From contig CAWCKP010000008.1 of the NCBI GenBank assembly GCA_963796165.1, forward strand, positions 144,463 through 208,462: DNA of 64,000 nt, in the 5' to 3' direction. The notes below the pieces were generated by a model. That model was not told where the DNA came from and searched no databases. It saw only the letters and a list, made by a program, of their open reading frames with translations. The translations under genes and the position numbers were made by a program. Shown in pieces: positions 10,999-20,021 of the stretch. Position 1 is the first letter of the stretch. The number at the start of each line of letters is the position of its first letter. This DNA comes from an uncultured Acidobacteriota bacterium (GTDB lineage: Bacteria > Acidobacteriota > Terriglobia > Acidiferrales > UBA7541).

Positions 10999-12024
10999 TC
11001 AGTGCCCGGCAGCTGGGATGCTGTGCAGGGCGATCCGCAAATTGGATTGCTTGAGAACTCCAGGATTGACCACAAATTGAGGAACTCTGCCCGAGAATAA
11101 TTCCACCATTTGTTCTGCCGCGGTCGTCCGCAAAGATTCGAGGGATTCAACAGAATTGAAACCTGCATGTGGAGTCGCGACCACGCGCGGATGAAGGATT
11201 AGTGGGTCGTCAGGATCGGGCGGTTCCGTCGCGAAGACATCCAGGCCCGCACCGGCGATTAAACCGTCATCGAGCGCACGGAGAAGGCTCGCGGAATCTA
11301 TCACTCCTCCACGTGCGGTATTAATGAAAAATGCAGTTCGCTTCATCTGCCGGAATGCTTCGTATCCGAATAGGTGATGGGTCTCGGTCGTCAGCGGCAA
11401 GTGAACCGAAATAAAATCGCTCGAGCCGAGCACTTCGGCAAAACTGGCGCATTCGATGCTGGGGGCGAGACCCGAATTCGGATTGGCCCTGCGACTGGAC
11501 ACCAAGACTCGCAGGCCAAACGCGGCTGCCTTTTCCGCCATACGCCTACCGATGCCGCCGAACCCAATGATGCCGAGCGTCTTGCCCTTGATCCGGAATA
11601 ACGGAGTTCCCGAGGCAAGGTCGTACCGTCCACCTTTGATCGCGCGATCGAAAAACGTGACTTTGCGAGCCAGCGAAAGCAGGAGCGCCATCGCGTGCTC
11701 AGCAACCTCTTCGAGACAATAGGCCGGAACATTTGTTACCACGATGCCGGCCGCCGTTGCGCACCGAACATCGATGTTGTCGAGGCCCACGCCATAGCGG
11801 CCGATCGCTTTGCACTTGGCCGCATTCTCAATCACTCGTTGGGTTACCGATTTCCAGTTTGTAAGGATGCCGTCAACGTCTTTGGCCAATCCAATGAGCT
11901 CGTTCTCGGACCCTTCTTTCGCAGGGATGAGCGTTGCCCCAATCCTCTGCAATATGGTCCGCTCAATTTCGAGGTCCTCCCACGCGTAATCAGTGACCAA
12001 GATAATCACCGCTGGCGTCTCCAT
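10999..12024 (-). CDS. D-isomer-specific 2-hydroxyacid dehydrogenase (glyoxylate/hydroxypyruvate reductase / PGDH / CtBP family)
   Basis: GKTLGIIGFGGIGRRMAEKAAAFGL NAD motif, INTARGGVID, ATPHAGF. Confidence 0.85.
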   Translation of the reverse strand: METPAVIILVTDYAWEDLEIERTILQRIGATLIPAKEGSENELIGLAKDVDGILTNWKSVTQRVIENAAKCKAIGRYGVGLDNIDVRCATAAGIVVTNVPAYCLEEVAEHAMALLLSLARKVTFFDRAIKGGRYDLASGTPLFRIKGKTLGIIGFGGIGRRMAEKAAAFGLRVLVSSRRANPNSGLAPSIECASFAEVLGSSDFISVHLPLTTETHHLFGYEAFRQMKRTAFFINTARGGVIDSASLLRALDDGLIAGAGLDVFATEPPDPDDPLILHPRVVATPHAGFNSVESLESLRTTAAEQMVELFSGRVPQFVVNPGVLKQSNLRIALHSIPAAGH

Positions 12025-12375
12025 GCTCGTAGCGGGATGAGTCTGACACAGAGCTCAAAGAAAAGCGTGATCATGACCGTATACTCGCTGTTCTAGCACG
12101 AAGCTCAACTCCGCTGAAGTGTCCGCGATACGAAGACTCGCCAACAGGCTGCGGCCCTTCCACAGAGGGTAGCCTACTGGGCGAACCAAATGAATCACAG
12201 GCCTCGCCAGGCCTCACCGTTTGTCGAACGAGGAACGCGTCAACATGCATGTGGTCACCAGCGCAGGATACTACGATCGGCGACGAAGCAGTTCGCGGTC
12301 TTCAACGAACTTTTGTCCTGCCTCAGCTGGAAATGGAAAATGGCGTCCTTCCGTTAATATAAACGGAGAGGACAC

Positions 12376-12691
12376 ATGCGAAAGGAACGAAAGCATTACA
12401 GTTCAGACGAGAAGGTTGCCATCCTGAGGCGCCACCTGTTGGATAAGGTGCCGGTTTCCGATCTCTGTGAGGAACTGGGCCTGCGGCCGACGGTGTTCTA
12501 CCGCTGGCAGAAAGAGTTCTTCGAGAACGGAGCCGCCGCCTTCCAATGCGAAGCAACGCCCCGCCGTTCAGGTCGAAGAGAAGCAGAAGCGGATCGAGTT
12601 CTTGGAGAAAAAAGTGCAGACCAAGGACGAGGTCCTGGCCGAACTGATGGCCGAGCACATCGCTTTAAAAAAAAGTCTTGGGGAGCTTTGA
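12376..12691 (+). pseudogene. IS3 OrfA (HTH + leucine-zipper region), split between two frames near 12545
   Basis: Frame 1 gives MRKERKHYSSDEKVAILRRHLLDKVPVSDLCEELGLRPTVFYRWQKEFFENGAAAF. Frame 2 (ORF 12467..12691) gives ...QVEEKQKRIEFLEKKVQTKDEVLAELMAEHIALKKSLGEL followed by a stop. Confidence 0.65.
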
Positions 12692-12703
12692 CCAAGGTGT
12701 GGG

Positions 12704-13732
12704 TTGCCGCACGATGTGCGGGACCAGGTGGTGGATTTCGTCCGGCGCTGGTCGGAAAAGACGGAGATCGGCGCCGGGCGATTGGTCCGCTGGTTGGGGG
12801 TGCGGGCTAGCAAGTTCTACGACTGGCGAGAGCGCTACGGGCGCGTGAATGAGCACAATGGTTGGGTTCCCCGTGATTTTTGGCTGGAGCCGTGGGAGAA
12901 AGAGGCGATCATCGGGTTCCATCGGAAGAATCCGCTGGAAGGATATCGGCGGCTGACGTTCATGATGCTGGATGCCGACGTTGTGGCCGTCAGTCCATCC
13001 AGCGTTTGGCGGGTGCTGCAACGAGCCGGACTACTCTCGCGGTGGAAGAGAAAGCCTTCGCGCAAGGGGACAGGTTTTGAGCAGCCGCCGCATGCCCACC
13101 AACACTGGCACATCGATGTTTCCTACATCAATGTGAGTGGCACGTTCTACTATCTGTGCAGCGTTTTGGACGGCTACAGCCGTTCGATCGTTCATTGGGA
13201 TCTACGGGAATCGATGACGGAAGCAGAAATCGAAGTGATTCTTGAGCGAGCGCGGGAGAAGTATCCGGAAGCGAAACCGCGGATCATTTCCGACAACGGG
13301 CCACAGTTCATCGCCCGGGACTTCAAGGAGTTCATCCGCATCGCGGGTATGACCCATGTGCGAACGTCGCCTTACTATCCACAATCGAACGGCAAATTGG
13401 AACGCTGGCACAAATCCCTAAAATCGGAGTGCATTCGCCCACTGACACCATTGACTCGGGAAGATGCACGACGCCTGATTCAAAACTACGTGGATCACTA
13501 CAACGGGGTACGCCTTCACAGTGCCATCGGCTACGTGACGCCGCACGATATGCTCGCCGGCCGACAGGCCGAGATCCACGCCGCACGGGATCGCAAGTTG
13601 GAGCAAGCACGTAGCCACCGACAACTTCGCCGGCAACAGCAAGCATCACTGCTTGCGCATTCTTCGAACGCGGCTACAATGACTTCGCCAGGTGAAACAG
13701 AAGCGGGCCATACAGGGATGCAACCATGCTGA
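12704..13732 (+). CDS. IS3-family transposase OrfB (DDE/rve integrase core)
   Basis: HWHIDVSYI..., SDNGPQFIA, YYPQSNGKLERWHKSLKSE, YNGVRLHSAIGYVTP. In the same frame as the OrfA C-terminal part and separated from it by TGA 12689-12691, rather than in the canonical -1 frame. Confidence 0.85.
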   Translation: MPHDVRDQVVDFVRRWSEKTEIGAGRLVRWLGVRASKFYDWRERYGRVNEHNGWVPRDFWLEPWEKEAIIGFHRKNPLEGYRRLTFMMLDADVVAVSPSSVWRVLQRAGLLSRWKRKPSRKGTGFEQPPHAHQHWHIDVSYINVSGTFYYLCSVLDGYSRSIVHWDLRESMTEAEIEVILERAREKYPEAKPRIISDNGPQFIARDFKEFIRIAGMTHVRTSPYYPQSNGKLERWHKSLKSECIRPLTPLTREDARRLIQNYVDHYNGVRLHSAIGYVTPHDMLAGRQAEIHAARDRKLEQARSHRQLRRQQQASLLAHSSNAATMTSPGETEAGHTGMQPC

Positions 13733-13922
13733 GGGATAACCTGGTAGAGCTCATCGAGCCGATGCGAAACAGCGCGGGAGCCGATCCTCTCGCGCTGGGC
13801 ATCTACCAGCAGAAACCGGCATCGGACGATAGCCTCTCATGCCTTGAAAATCCCCGCCCCGAAGGGGTGGAATCTTCATTAACGGAAAACGTCGCCTCTC
13901 CATTTCCGGCTGAGCCAAGACA

Positions 13923-14313
13923 CTTTGACTTTGAAAGGGATGCGGGGATGTCGATCCCTTCCGTCTGGCCAAATTGAACACGTTGTAATACCTGAGCAGA
14001 AAAGGCCACGAGGTCTCCTTTGTGCCGCCTGCGTGATGGTCTCTCGATCTTCGCCAACGGTCCAGAAGATGACGGGCGAAAACTTCTCGCCCTTGCGAAT
14101 TCTCCCGCCGAGCTTCGCCGCGTGATTGAAGGTAAGCCAGAATCGTGATGGAAACCCCTATGAAGCGAGACAAAAGACATTGAGGCCGCGATTCTCTTTC
14201 TGCGTGAGCAGGTTTGCGGGAGTCTAACAGGTCCAGGGCTTGCGCTAGGGAGCCACGCCGGATTCAAGTTGCTTGATAGTTTTCTCGGTGATGACTTCAT
14301 AGACGATTGGCAT
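13923..14313 (-). pseudogene. ArdC-like (DUF1738 N-terminal ssDNA-binding domain) gene with in-frame stops, interrupted by the IS3 element
   Basis: Own translation from ATG 14311-14313 gives MPIVYEVITEKTIKQLESGVAP*RKPW.. ..FWLTFNHAAKLGGRIRKGEKFSPVIFW.. ..FLLRYYNVFNLAQTEGIDIP, spread over frames with TAG stops. It abuts the IS3 right end. Confidence 0.55.
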
Positions 14314-14699
14314 TTGATTCGCTCCAGTTTCGAATTAGTATTTTAAGGCCCTTTCAGGGCATAAAAAAACAACATGCTTTACTAGAGGCGAGTTCTGGCC
14401 GTGCTGTCAAGCCCCGAACCTGCAGTTCAGCCAAGCCCGGAGGGGCGCGGAAGCGCACGGTTGGGGTGTACCGAGCGGAGCTGCACAAGCGGGCTTTACA
14501 GTGGGAACGGACTACGGCCTATCTTGCGCCGAGGAAAGCACTTAGGGGTTAAGTGACGCGAGAACAGCAACCGAGAGCTAATTAATGGACCGGGACACCG
14601 ACCTGGTCCGCCAGCGTTTCCGGACACCCCCCAGTTGCGGTATTCTTCAGTTGAACCCGGAGAGGCGTAAAGTATGCCTTTCCGGGCTTGAGTTTTTAC

Positions 14700-14728
14700 T
14701 TGACAAATGCGACTGTCAGTCGCATTCT
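14700..14728 (+). promoter_or_regulatory. TTGACA -35 box followed by a perfect 21-bp palindrome (putative operator) upstream of the HTH gene
   Basis: TTGACA at 14700-14705. AATGCGACTG-T-CAGTCGCATT at 14706-14726 is a perfect inverted repeat. The gene's ATG is at 14733. The -10 (CATTCT) is weak. Confidence 0.5.
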
Positions 14729-14732
14729 AACA

Positions 14733-14942
14733 ATGAAGAAATATTCGATTGCTGAGGCAGCACAGTTAGTTGGAGTTGACCGCTCGACCGTGTATCGCTG
14801 GATTCAGCAGAAGTTGGTCCCAGCTCCTCTCACAGAGGTTGTCGCAAGTGTTCGCGTCACCTATTGGACGGAGAAGGAATTGGCCAAGCTGAGGGAACAC
14901 AAGGCACAGCGGTATTGGGGTCAAGGCAAAAAGAGAAGCTAG
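14733..14942 (+). CDS. helix-turn-helix DNA-binding protein (excisionase/AlpA/MerR-like HTH_17)
   Basis: MKKYSIAEAAQLVGVDRSTVYRWIQQKLVPAP... Confidence 0.7.
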   Translation: MKKYSIAEAAQLVGVDRSTVYRWIQQKLVPAPLTEVVASVRVTYWTEKELAKLREHKAQRYWGQGKKRS

Positions 14943-15278
14943 GAGAAATAGGGCCAAGAAAGAGAAAACGTAATCAAGCGGGACGCGCCAGTGCTACTAA
15001 CACCGAACGCGTCCCTGACCAGCGTCGCACTGGAGGTGCAACGATGGCTGCAACAGAAGTTATCCGGTTCCGTTTCTCCACGCAAGCAGTGCGCGACGTC
15101 CATTCACCCCTCGTTCTAAAACCCTCCTTTCTGTTCGAGCACTCTCCGCCGACCGCCTAACTCGCTCAATCGCGCGCTCTGCTTGAATCGGCCTTCAATT
15201 TCGCTGGGATATGTGTGCTCTCGCGTCTCACCAACCGTTATGCCTCCCCGCGTGTCGCGGGCGGAAAGAAAGGCACGA

Positions 15279-15704
15279 ATGCAAAAGGCGAATCTCTACG
15301 AAGCAATTTTCTTGGTGAATCGAGGGATAGATGAAGCCGTCCGAGGACTGGAACGGCTCAAGCGCGCCAAGGACTCGGGACTGAACCCCGCGTACTTTGA
15401 CGAAAAGTTGACACTATTTGAAGTACACCGTGCTCTGCTCAACGGTTGTTTCTGCAACAACGTTGAGAGTTGTGAGCTCCGGGACGAAGCTCGTTTTGAG
15501 AAGAAACATCGCGAATACCGGACGGACGCCTTGGATGAAGTGCAGGTTTATCAGGATGTGCAGGCCGTGGAGGAGCGTAGACGCCTGGAGGGAAAAACTC
15601 CCAGGGTACAGTTCCTCAGCGGAGAAGAACAACGGGAGGCGGAGCGGCAACGTCCGAGGTCGCCGAGCGAGATTAGCCATCAAGGGGGGAGCGATCATGC
15701 CTAA
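15279..15704 (+). CDS. hypothetical protein
   Basis: Within ORF 15183..15704. The ATG at 15279 is preceded by GAAAGG. The stop overlaps the next gene's start (ATGCCTAA). No family recognised. Confidence 0.4.
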   Translation: MQKANLYEAIFLVNRGIDEAVRGLERLKRAKDSGLNPAYFDEKLTLFEVHRALLNGCFCNNVESCELRDEARFEKKHREYRTDALDEVQVYQDVQAVEERRRLEGKTPRVQFLSGEEQREAERQRPRSPSEISHQGGSDHA

Positions 15705-16023
15705 GAAGCGTAAGGTCGTCTGGGTCGGAGGCAGCCCAATAACCCCAATCAGCGCGAAGGAGCGCAGGGAAATCGACAAGAGCATAACAAAACACCTCAA
15801 GCGGCTACGCAGGCGATACCCCGAGGTCCAAGGCAAGATCGTGGACTTCATCAGCCATTCCATCCAAGACGGCACGTTGTACTTCACCGTTCGGTTCAAG
15901 GATAAGACGGACTTCTCGCTCCGCTACGCCTGCGAAATGTTCGTCGTTGGGGCTGACTTCTGTGATGTTAAAACCGGTGACTTCGAGATGATCCGCGAAT
16001 ACATCAGGCCGATTCCGAGGTAG
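15697..16023 (+). CDS. hypothetical protein
   Basis: ATG at 15697 preceded by GGGGGGA. MPKKRKVVWVGGSPI..., 108 aa. Translationally coupled to the upstream ORF. No family recognised. Confidence 0.45.
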   Translation: MPKKRKVVWVGGSPITPISAKERREIDKSITKHLKRLRRRYPEVQGKIVDFISHSIQDGTLYFTVRFKDKTDFSLRYACEMFVVGADFCDVKTGDFEMIREYIRPIPR

Positions 16024-16612
16024 AAGCGATGGACATCAAGAGATCGAAGTCACAGCTAACGGAAATGGGAGAGACATCATGAAACGCAGAAGACCAGTTC
16101 CTCCCACGCACCATCTGAAAACCGCCATACGAAAAATCGACAGAATCGTTTGGAAACTCCACGACGAACAGAGAAGTGTCGGCTGAATTGGAACGCAAAT
16201 TCCCGCCGAAGGAAAGGCGTCGTGTCGTTCGGCTTGCAGCCTATGAGGGAGAAGTGGCGGTTTTGCACGACGCAGCACAACGGCTTCGATCGCGCATGGA
16301 AGCCTCTTATATACAGCAAAGGCGATTCAAGCCCGGCGCTCTGGATGATTCAGAAGAGCGACATCCAAAGGCCGCGAATGCTCGTCAACGTCCTGAATCT
16401 ACTTGAGTGCAGAGAGGCCCAGGCTTCTCATGGATGGGATGCTTCCGAAGCGTAGAGGCGGTCAAGGGCGACCCTAGGGAGCCGCGTAGCGGTCATGACC
16501 ACTCGCGACGGTACCTACGCCATAGGTTGAGCATGCCCGATTATATATAGGACGGATCGCTCGAAATCGCTCGATGAATCCGTGTATCGTCTGTATCTTC
16601 AACAAAACAATA

Positions 16613-16705
16613 TGGCGGAGAGGGTGGGAGTCGAACCCACGAGCCCGGTTTTGCCAGGCTACCCGCTTTCGAGGCGGGCTCTTTCGACCACTCAGACACC
16701 TCTCC
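16613..16705 (-). tRNA. tRNA-Ser (anticodon CGA), class II with long variable arm, CCA encoded
   Basis: Reverse complement is GGAGAGGTGTCTGAGTGGTCGAAAGAGCCCGCCTCGAAAGCGGGTAGCCTGGCAAAACCGGGCTCGTGGGTTCGACTCCCACCCTCTCCGCCA. Acceptor stem GGAGAGG/CCTCTCC, anticodon stem CCCGC/GCGGG, loop CTCGAAA. Confidence 0.9.
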
Positions 16706-16798
16706 GCGGTGAGTGCTCTTCGAGATTATCAAAGACCGCCACGGTCAGCAACACAACCGGCTTGACACCCGTTTGTCAGTTTCCGATTAGCCAACTTC

Positions 16799-17969
16799 TC
16801 AGTGATCTGGTCCGCTCGCTTTCCTTAATTCCGACGTCCGTGGCGCCTCGATGGTTTGCAGCAGCTTAACGATTTCGGGCGCTGCGATGTGCTGGTAATC
16901 CACCGTGAGCAGCCCAAACGTTTCCACCGCGTCATACTTGCGTGATTCGCCGCTCGATTGGGCGCCGTTGAGCGGCCAATAGCTCCAGCTCAAATCGTTT
17001 TCGCCGAGGTATTGCACGAGCCAGCGGAACCACTGTCCGTGATCTTCGCAATTCAGCGTCTGGCACGTTCCGAACTCTCCAACCCACAACGGCACGCCGG
17101 GCTCGGTCCGCAGCAAATACCCCGCTCGCGCGTCGTAAGCCTGCTTCAATTCGTCGTAGCTTGGGAACATGTGCTCGTGCGGCGCGTATGCGTGCGGCGA
17201 ATACACTACCCGATTCGAAATCTTCAGGGGTCACCGGCAACTTTCCAAACCCGGTGAAGTCCGTCGAGTATTCCGGGCTCTCGACCATCACCAGTAAATT
17301 CGGATTTTCTCCCAGCACCGCGTTACCGCCGCGCTCTGCGGCGGCGTGCCAGTCCAACCGCGGATCATCTCCGCCCCACTGTGCTCCGCTGCGCAGTTCG
17401 TTCCGCAGATCAGCGCCCACCACCCATGGCTGATTCTTGTAGCGCCGGACGATCGTCTCCCAATCCGACAGCCACTTCTGTTCGGGATATGCCGGGCTGT
17501 ACCACAGTCCGTTGCCGTCCGTGTCGTTGCAGCACCAGTCCGCGCGGCTCACGTGATTATCCAGAATCACCATGATGTACGCATGCGTCAGCGCGGCGAT
17601 CACTGCGTCCATCACATCCATCGCGTGCTTGCCGCGAAGCTGTGGATTCGCCTTTACCGCGTAATCGGCGACCAGCGGATTCGTTTCCAACGTTTCATTG
17701 GCCCAGGGTAGGCGCACCGAATTCACGCCGATCACGCGAATTTGCGCGACGATCCTCTCCAGCGGCGCGTGGTCCAGCCCGCCGGCGACATACTCTTTTT
17801 CGTCGAAACCGTACCAGTTCACCGAAGTGAGCCGCACCACGTGCCCGGCCGAGTCCATTATCTGGTGGCCGCTGGTATGCAGCGGCGGCCGAATCGGTTG
17901 CTGCGCCGATACTCTTGGCGGCCCAGCCAGCAGCAAAACGCCAGCAGCAGCGACACGAAGACGCAGCAC
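16799..17969 (-). pseudogene. glycoside hydrolase family 5 (cellulase-like), secreted, single frameshift
   Basis: The N-terminal part (ORF 16932..17969) has a signal peptide, NWYGFD, VILDNH and GADLRNE. The C-terminal part (ORF 16799..17206) has VYSPHAYAP, PLWVGEFG and SWSYWPLNG. The frames join at a GGGG run at 17227-17230. Confidence 0.75.
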
Positions 17970-18222
17970 TCGACTCGAAGGCCAGCGATCTGTCCGCCGT
18001 GGCGGGAACGAATCGCGAAGCGACGCATCATCTTCATAACCCCAATGCCGAGTTGCTTCTTAACATGAACTGACATCCCTGGCCAAACCGCTGTTTGTTA
18101 CCCCTCCGTGGCGCGCGGGAAAAGCGCCAAACCCGCGTCAGTCTGATGTAGACTCCTGCAACTTCACAAGGGGGTCATATGGTTGCCTCGGCCCTACAAT
18201 CGCTAGGCGGCATATCCCGGAC

Positions 18223-18825
18223 ATGAAGCGCGCAGCCATCGGCGTTCGAATGCATTCCGGTTGGGGTGCGCTCGTGGCTGTCACGAACACGGCCGGCACA
18301 GTGGAGGTAATTGAAAGGCGGCGCGTCGCCGTCACTGCCCCTGGAGCGCCCGGAGCGATCCAGCCCTATCACTTTGCAAAGGACCTCGAACCTTCAAGGG
18401 CGGAAAAGTTTCTTGCGAGCAGTTTTGCAGCATCAAAGCAACTCGCCGTGGCGGCGGTCCAGGATGTGATCGACGCACTCCGTGGCCGCCAATGTCGCGT
18501 CGTAGGTTCCGCCATCCTCCTCGCTTCGGGGCGTCCGTTGCCGCCTCTTGCAAAAATTCTCGCCGCCCACCCCTTGATTCATACCGCCGAGGGCGAATTC
18601 TTTCGCGAAGTATTTTCCAAAGCATGCGAGGATCTGGGACTTTCGATCACCGGATTTCGAGAGCGTGACCTCGAAGAATGTGCCCACACAACGTTCGGGA
18701 AAGCGGCGACTCGCATCTCGCGACAAATTTCTACTCTGGGCCGTTCTCTCGGGCCGCCTTGGACCCAGGACCAGAAAACGGCGGCGCTTGCTGCGTCGAT
18801 CGTTCTGGCAAACACGAAGAGCTAA
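18223..18825 (+). CDS. hypothetical protein
   Basis: 200-aa ORF with protein-like composition. No family recognised. Its end overlaps the convergent ABC permease gene by 4 nt. Confidence 0.55.
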   Translation: MKRAAIGVRMHSGWGALVAVTNTAGTVEVIERRRVAVTAPGAPGAIQPYHFAKDLEPSRAEKFLASSFAASKQLAVAAVQDVIDALRGRQCRVVGSAILLASGRPLPPLAKILAAHPLIHTAEGEFFREVFSKACEDLGLSITGFRERDLEECAHTTFGKAATRISRQISTLGRSLGPPWTQDQKTAALAASIVLANTKS

Positions 18826-20021
18826 GTGCGGAACAGGACGTCCTCGCGATTGAACATAGTGACGGCGGCGACGATGCCCAGTGCTGCGTAGAAGCACATC
18901 ATTCCGAACACCGCGGCCATCAACCCCCAGGGGTGATTCCCGGCGAGGATTTCTTTGCTCACCAGGCAGGTATTCAGAATTGGGACCAGCGCGGTTTTCC
19001 AGTTGAGTTCCACGCCCGGCAGGGTCCCGATGATGGCCGGTGCAATGACCAGAAAGATCATCGGCGAAACGTAGGTCTGGGCTTCCCGATAGCTCTTGGC
19101 GAAGAGCGCGACGGCGAGCAGCACCGAAGCGAAAAGAACGGCAATCGGCAGCAGCAGCACCAGCACCGCTCCGACCGCGGCCGGGTCAATCGAGATTTTT
19201 GTCGCCGAGGCGCCGGCTCCCAACATTCTTCCTTTCGATTGGGCGAACGTGAACCCGAGCGACAACATCGAGATCATCGCGGTAACCACCGATGCGGTTA
19301 CTACCGTCAGGAATTTCCCGATCACCAGATCGGTGCGCGAGACCGGGCTGGAAAGGATCGTTTCCATGGTCCCACGCTCTTTTTCCCCGGCAGTGAGGTC
19401 CATGGCGGGATACATGGCGCCGGTGAAGCAGAAGATGATGATCATGTACGGGATCATGCCGCCGAACATGGCCGCGCCGACCCTGGAGGGCGGAGCGATA
19501 TTTTGCGCTTCCACGGTGAACGGTTCCAGCAGGCTGGCCGGCAGGCCGCGGGCAGCCAGGGCCTGAGCGGCGATGCGCACGCGGTAGTCGTCGAAGAATT
19601 TCTGCAGCTTCTCCTTGGCCAATTCGGACTTCATGTCTGCTTCGTAGTAATCTACCGCGACCTTTTGCGGATTACCGGCAGTGACCGAAGCGTCAAAGCC
19701 ATCGGGGATTTCCACCAGGGCGCGAATGGTCTTGGCGGAAACCTGCTGGCGCGCATCGTTCTGATAGGGGACGATCTGAATTGCAGAGGACTTGCGGAGC
19801 GCCTCAAGAAGTTTCGGCGAATCGTCGCCGCCGTGAATCATTACCGTGGAAGCTTCCTGGCCGGCCTCGCTGCTGAATTTCTCGGCGGCCCAGCCAATCA
19901 GGCTGAAGAGCAGGGGAAACGCGATGACCGGAATGATCACCATCGAGCGCAAGGTGCGTTTATCACGGAGCATGTCGCGAACTTCCTTGCGGAATACGAT
20001 CAGGACGTTGCGCAGATTCAT
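18822..20021 (-). CDS. ABC-2 type transporter permease (NatB-like)
   Basis: The start MNLRNVLIVFRKEVRDMLRDKRTL overlaps the ATPase stop (ATGA). It has a large periplasmic loop followed by multiple TM segments. Confidence 0.85.
   Translation of the reverse strand: MNLRNVLIVFRKEVRDMLRDKRTLRSMVIIPVIAFPLLFSLIGWAAEKFSSEAGQEASTVMIHGGDDSPKLLEALRKSSAIQIVPYQNDARQQVSAKTIRALVEIPDGFDASVTAGNPQKVAVDYYEADMKSELAKEKLQKFFDDYRVRIAAQALAARGLPASLLEPFTVEAQNIAPPSRVGAAMFGGMIPYMIIIFCFTGAMYPAMDLTAGEKERGTMETILSSPVSRTDLVIGKFLTVVTASVVTAMISMLSLGFTFAQSKGRMLGAGASATKISIDPAAVGAVLVLLLPIAVLFASVLLAVALFAKSYREAQTYVSPMIFLVIAPAIIGTLPGVELNWKTALVPILNTCLVSKEILAGNHPWGLMAAVFGMMCFYAALGIVAAVTMFNREDVLFRT

Larger units (their letters stand above)
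12314..13922 (+). mobile_element. IS3-family insertion sequence with about 45-bp imperfect terminal inverted repeats and a 4-bp target duplication
   Basis: Left end is TGTCCTGCCTCAGCTGGAAATGG.....CCGTTAAT. The reverse complement of the right end is TGTCTTGGCTCAGCCGGAAATGG.....CCGTTAAT. CTTT flanks both ends (12310-12313 and 13923-13926). It has an OrfA HTH, an OrfB DDE domain and an A8 slippery run at 12667-12674. Confidence 0.85.
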
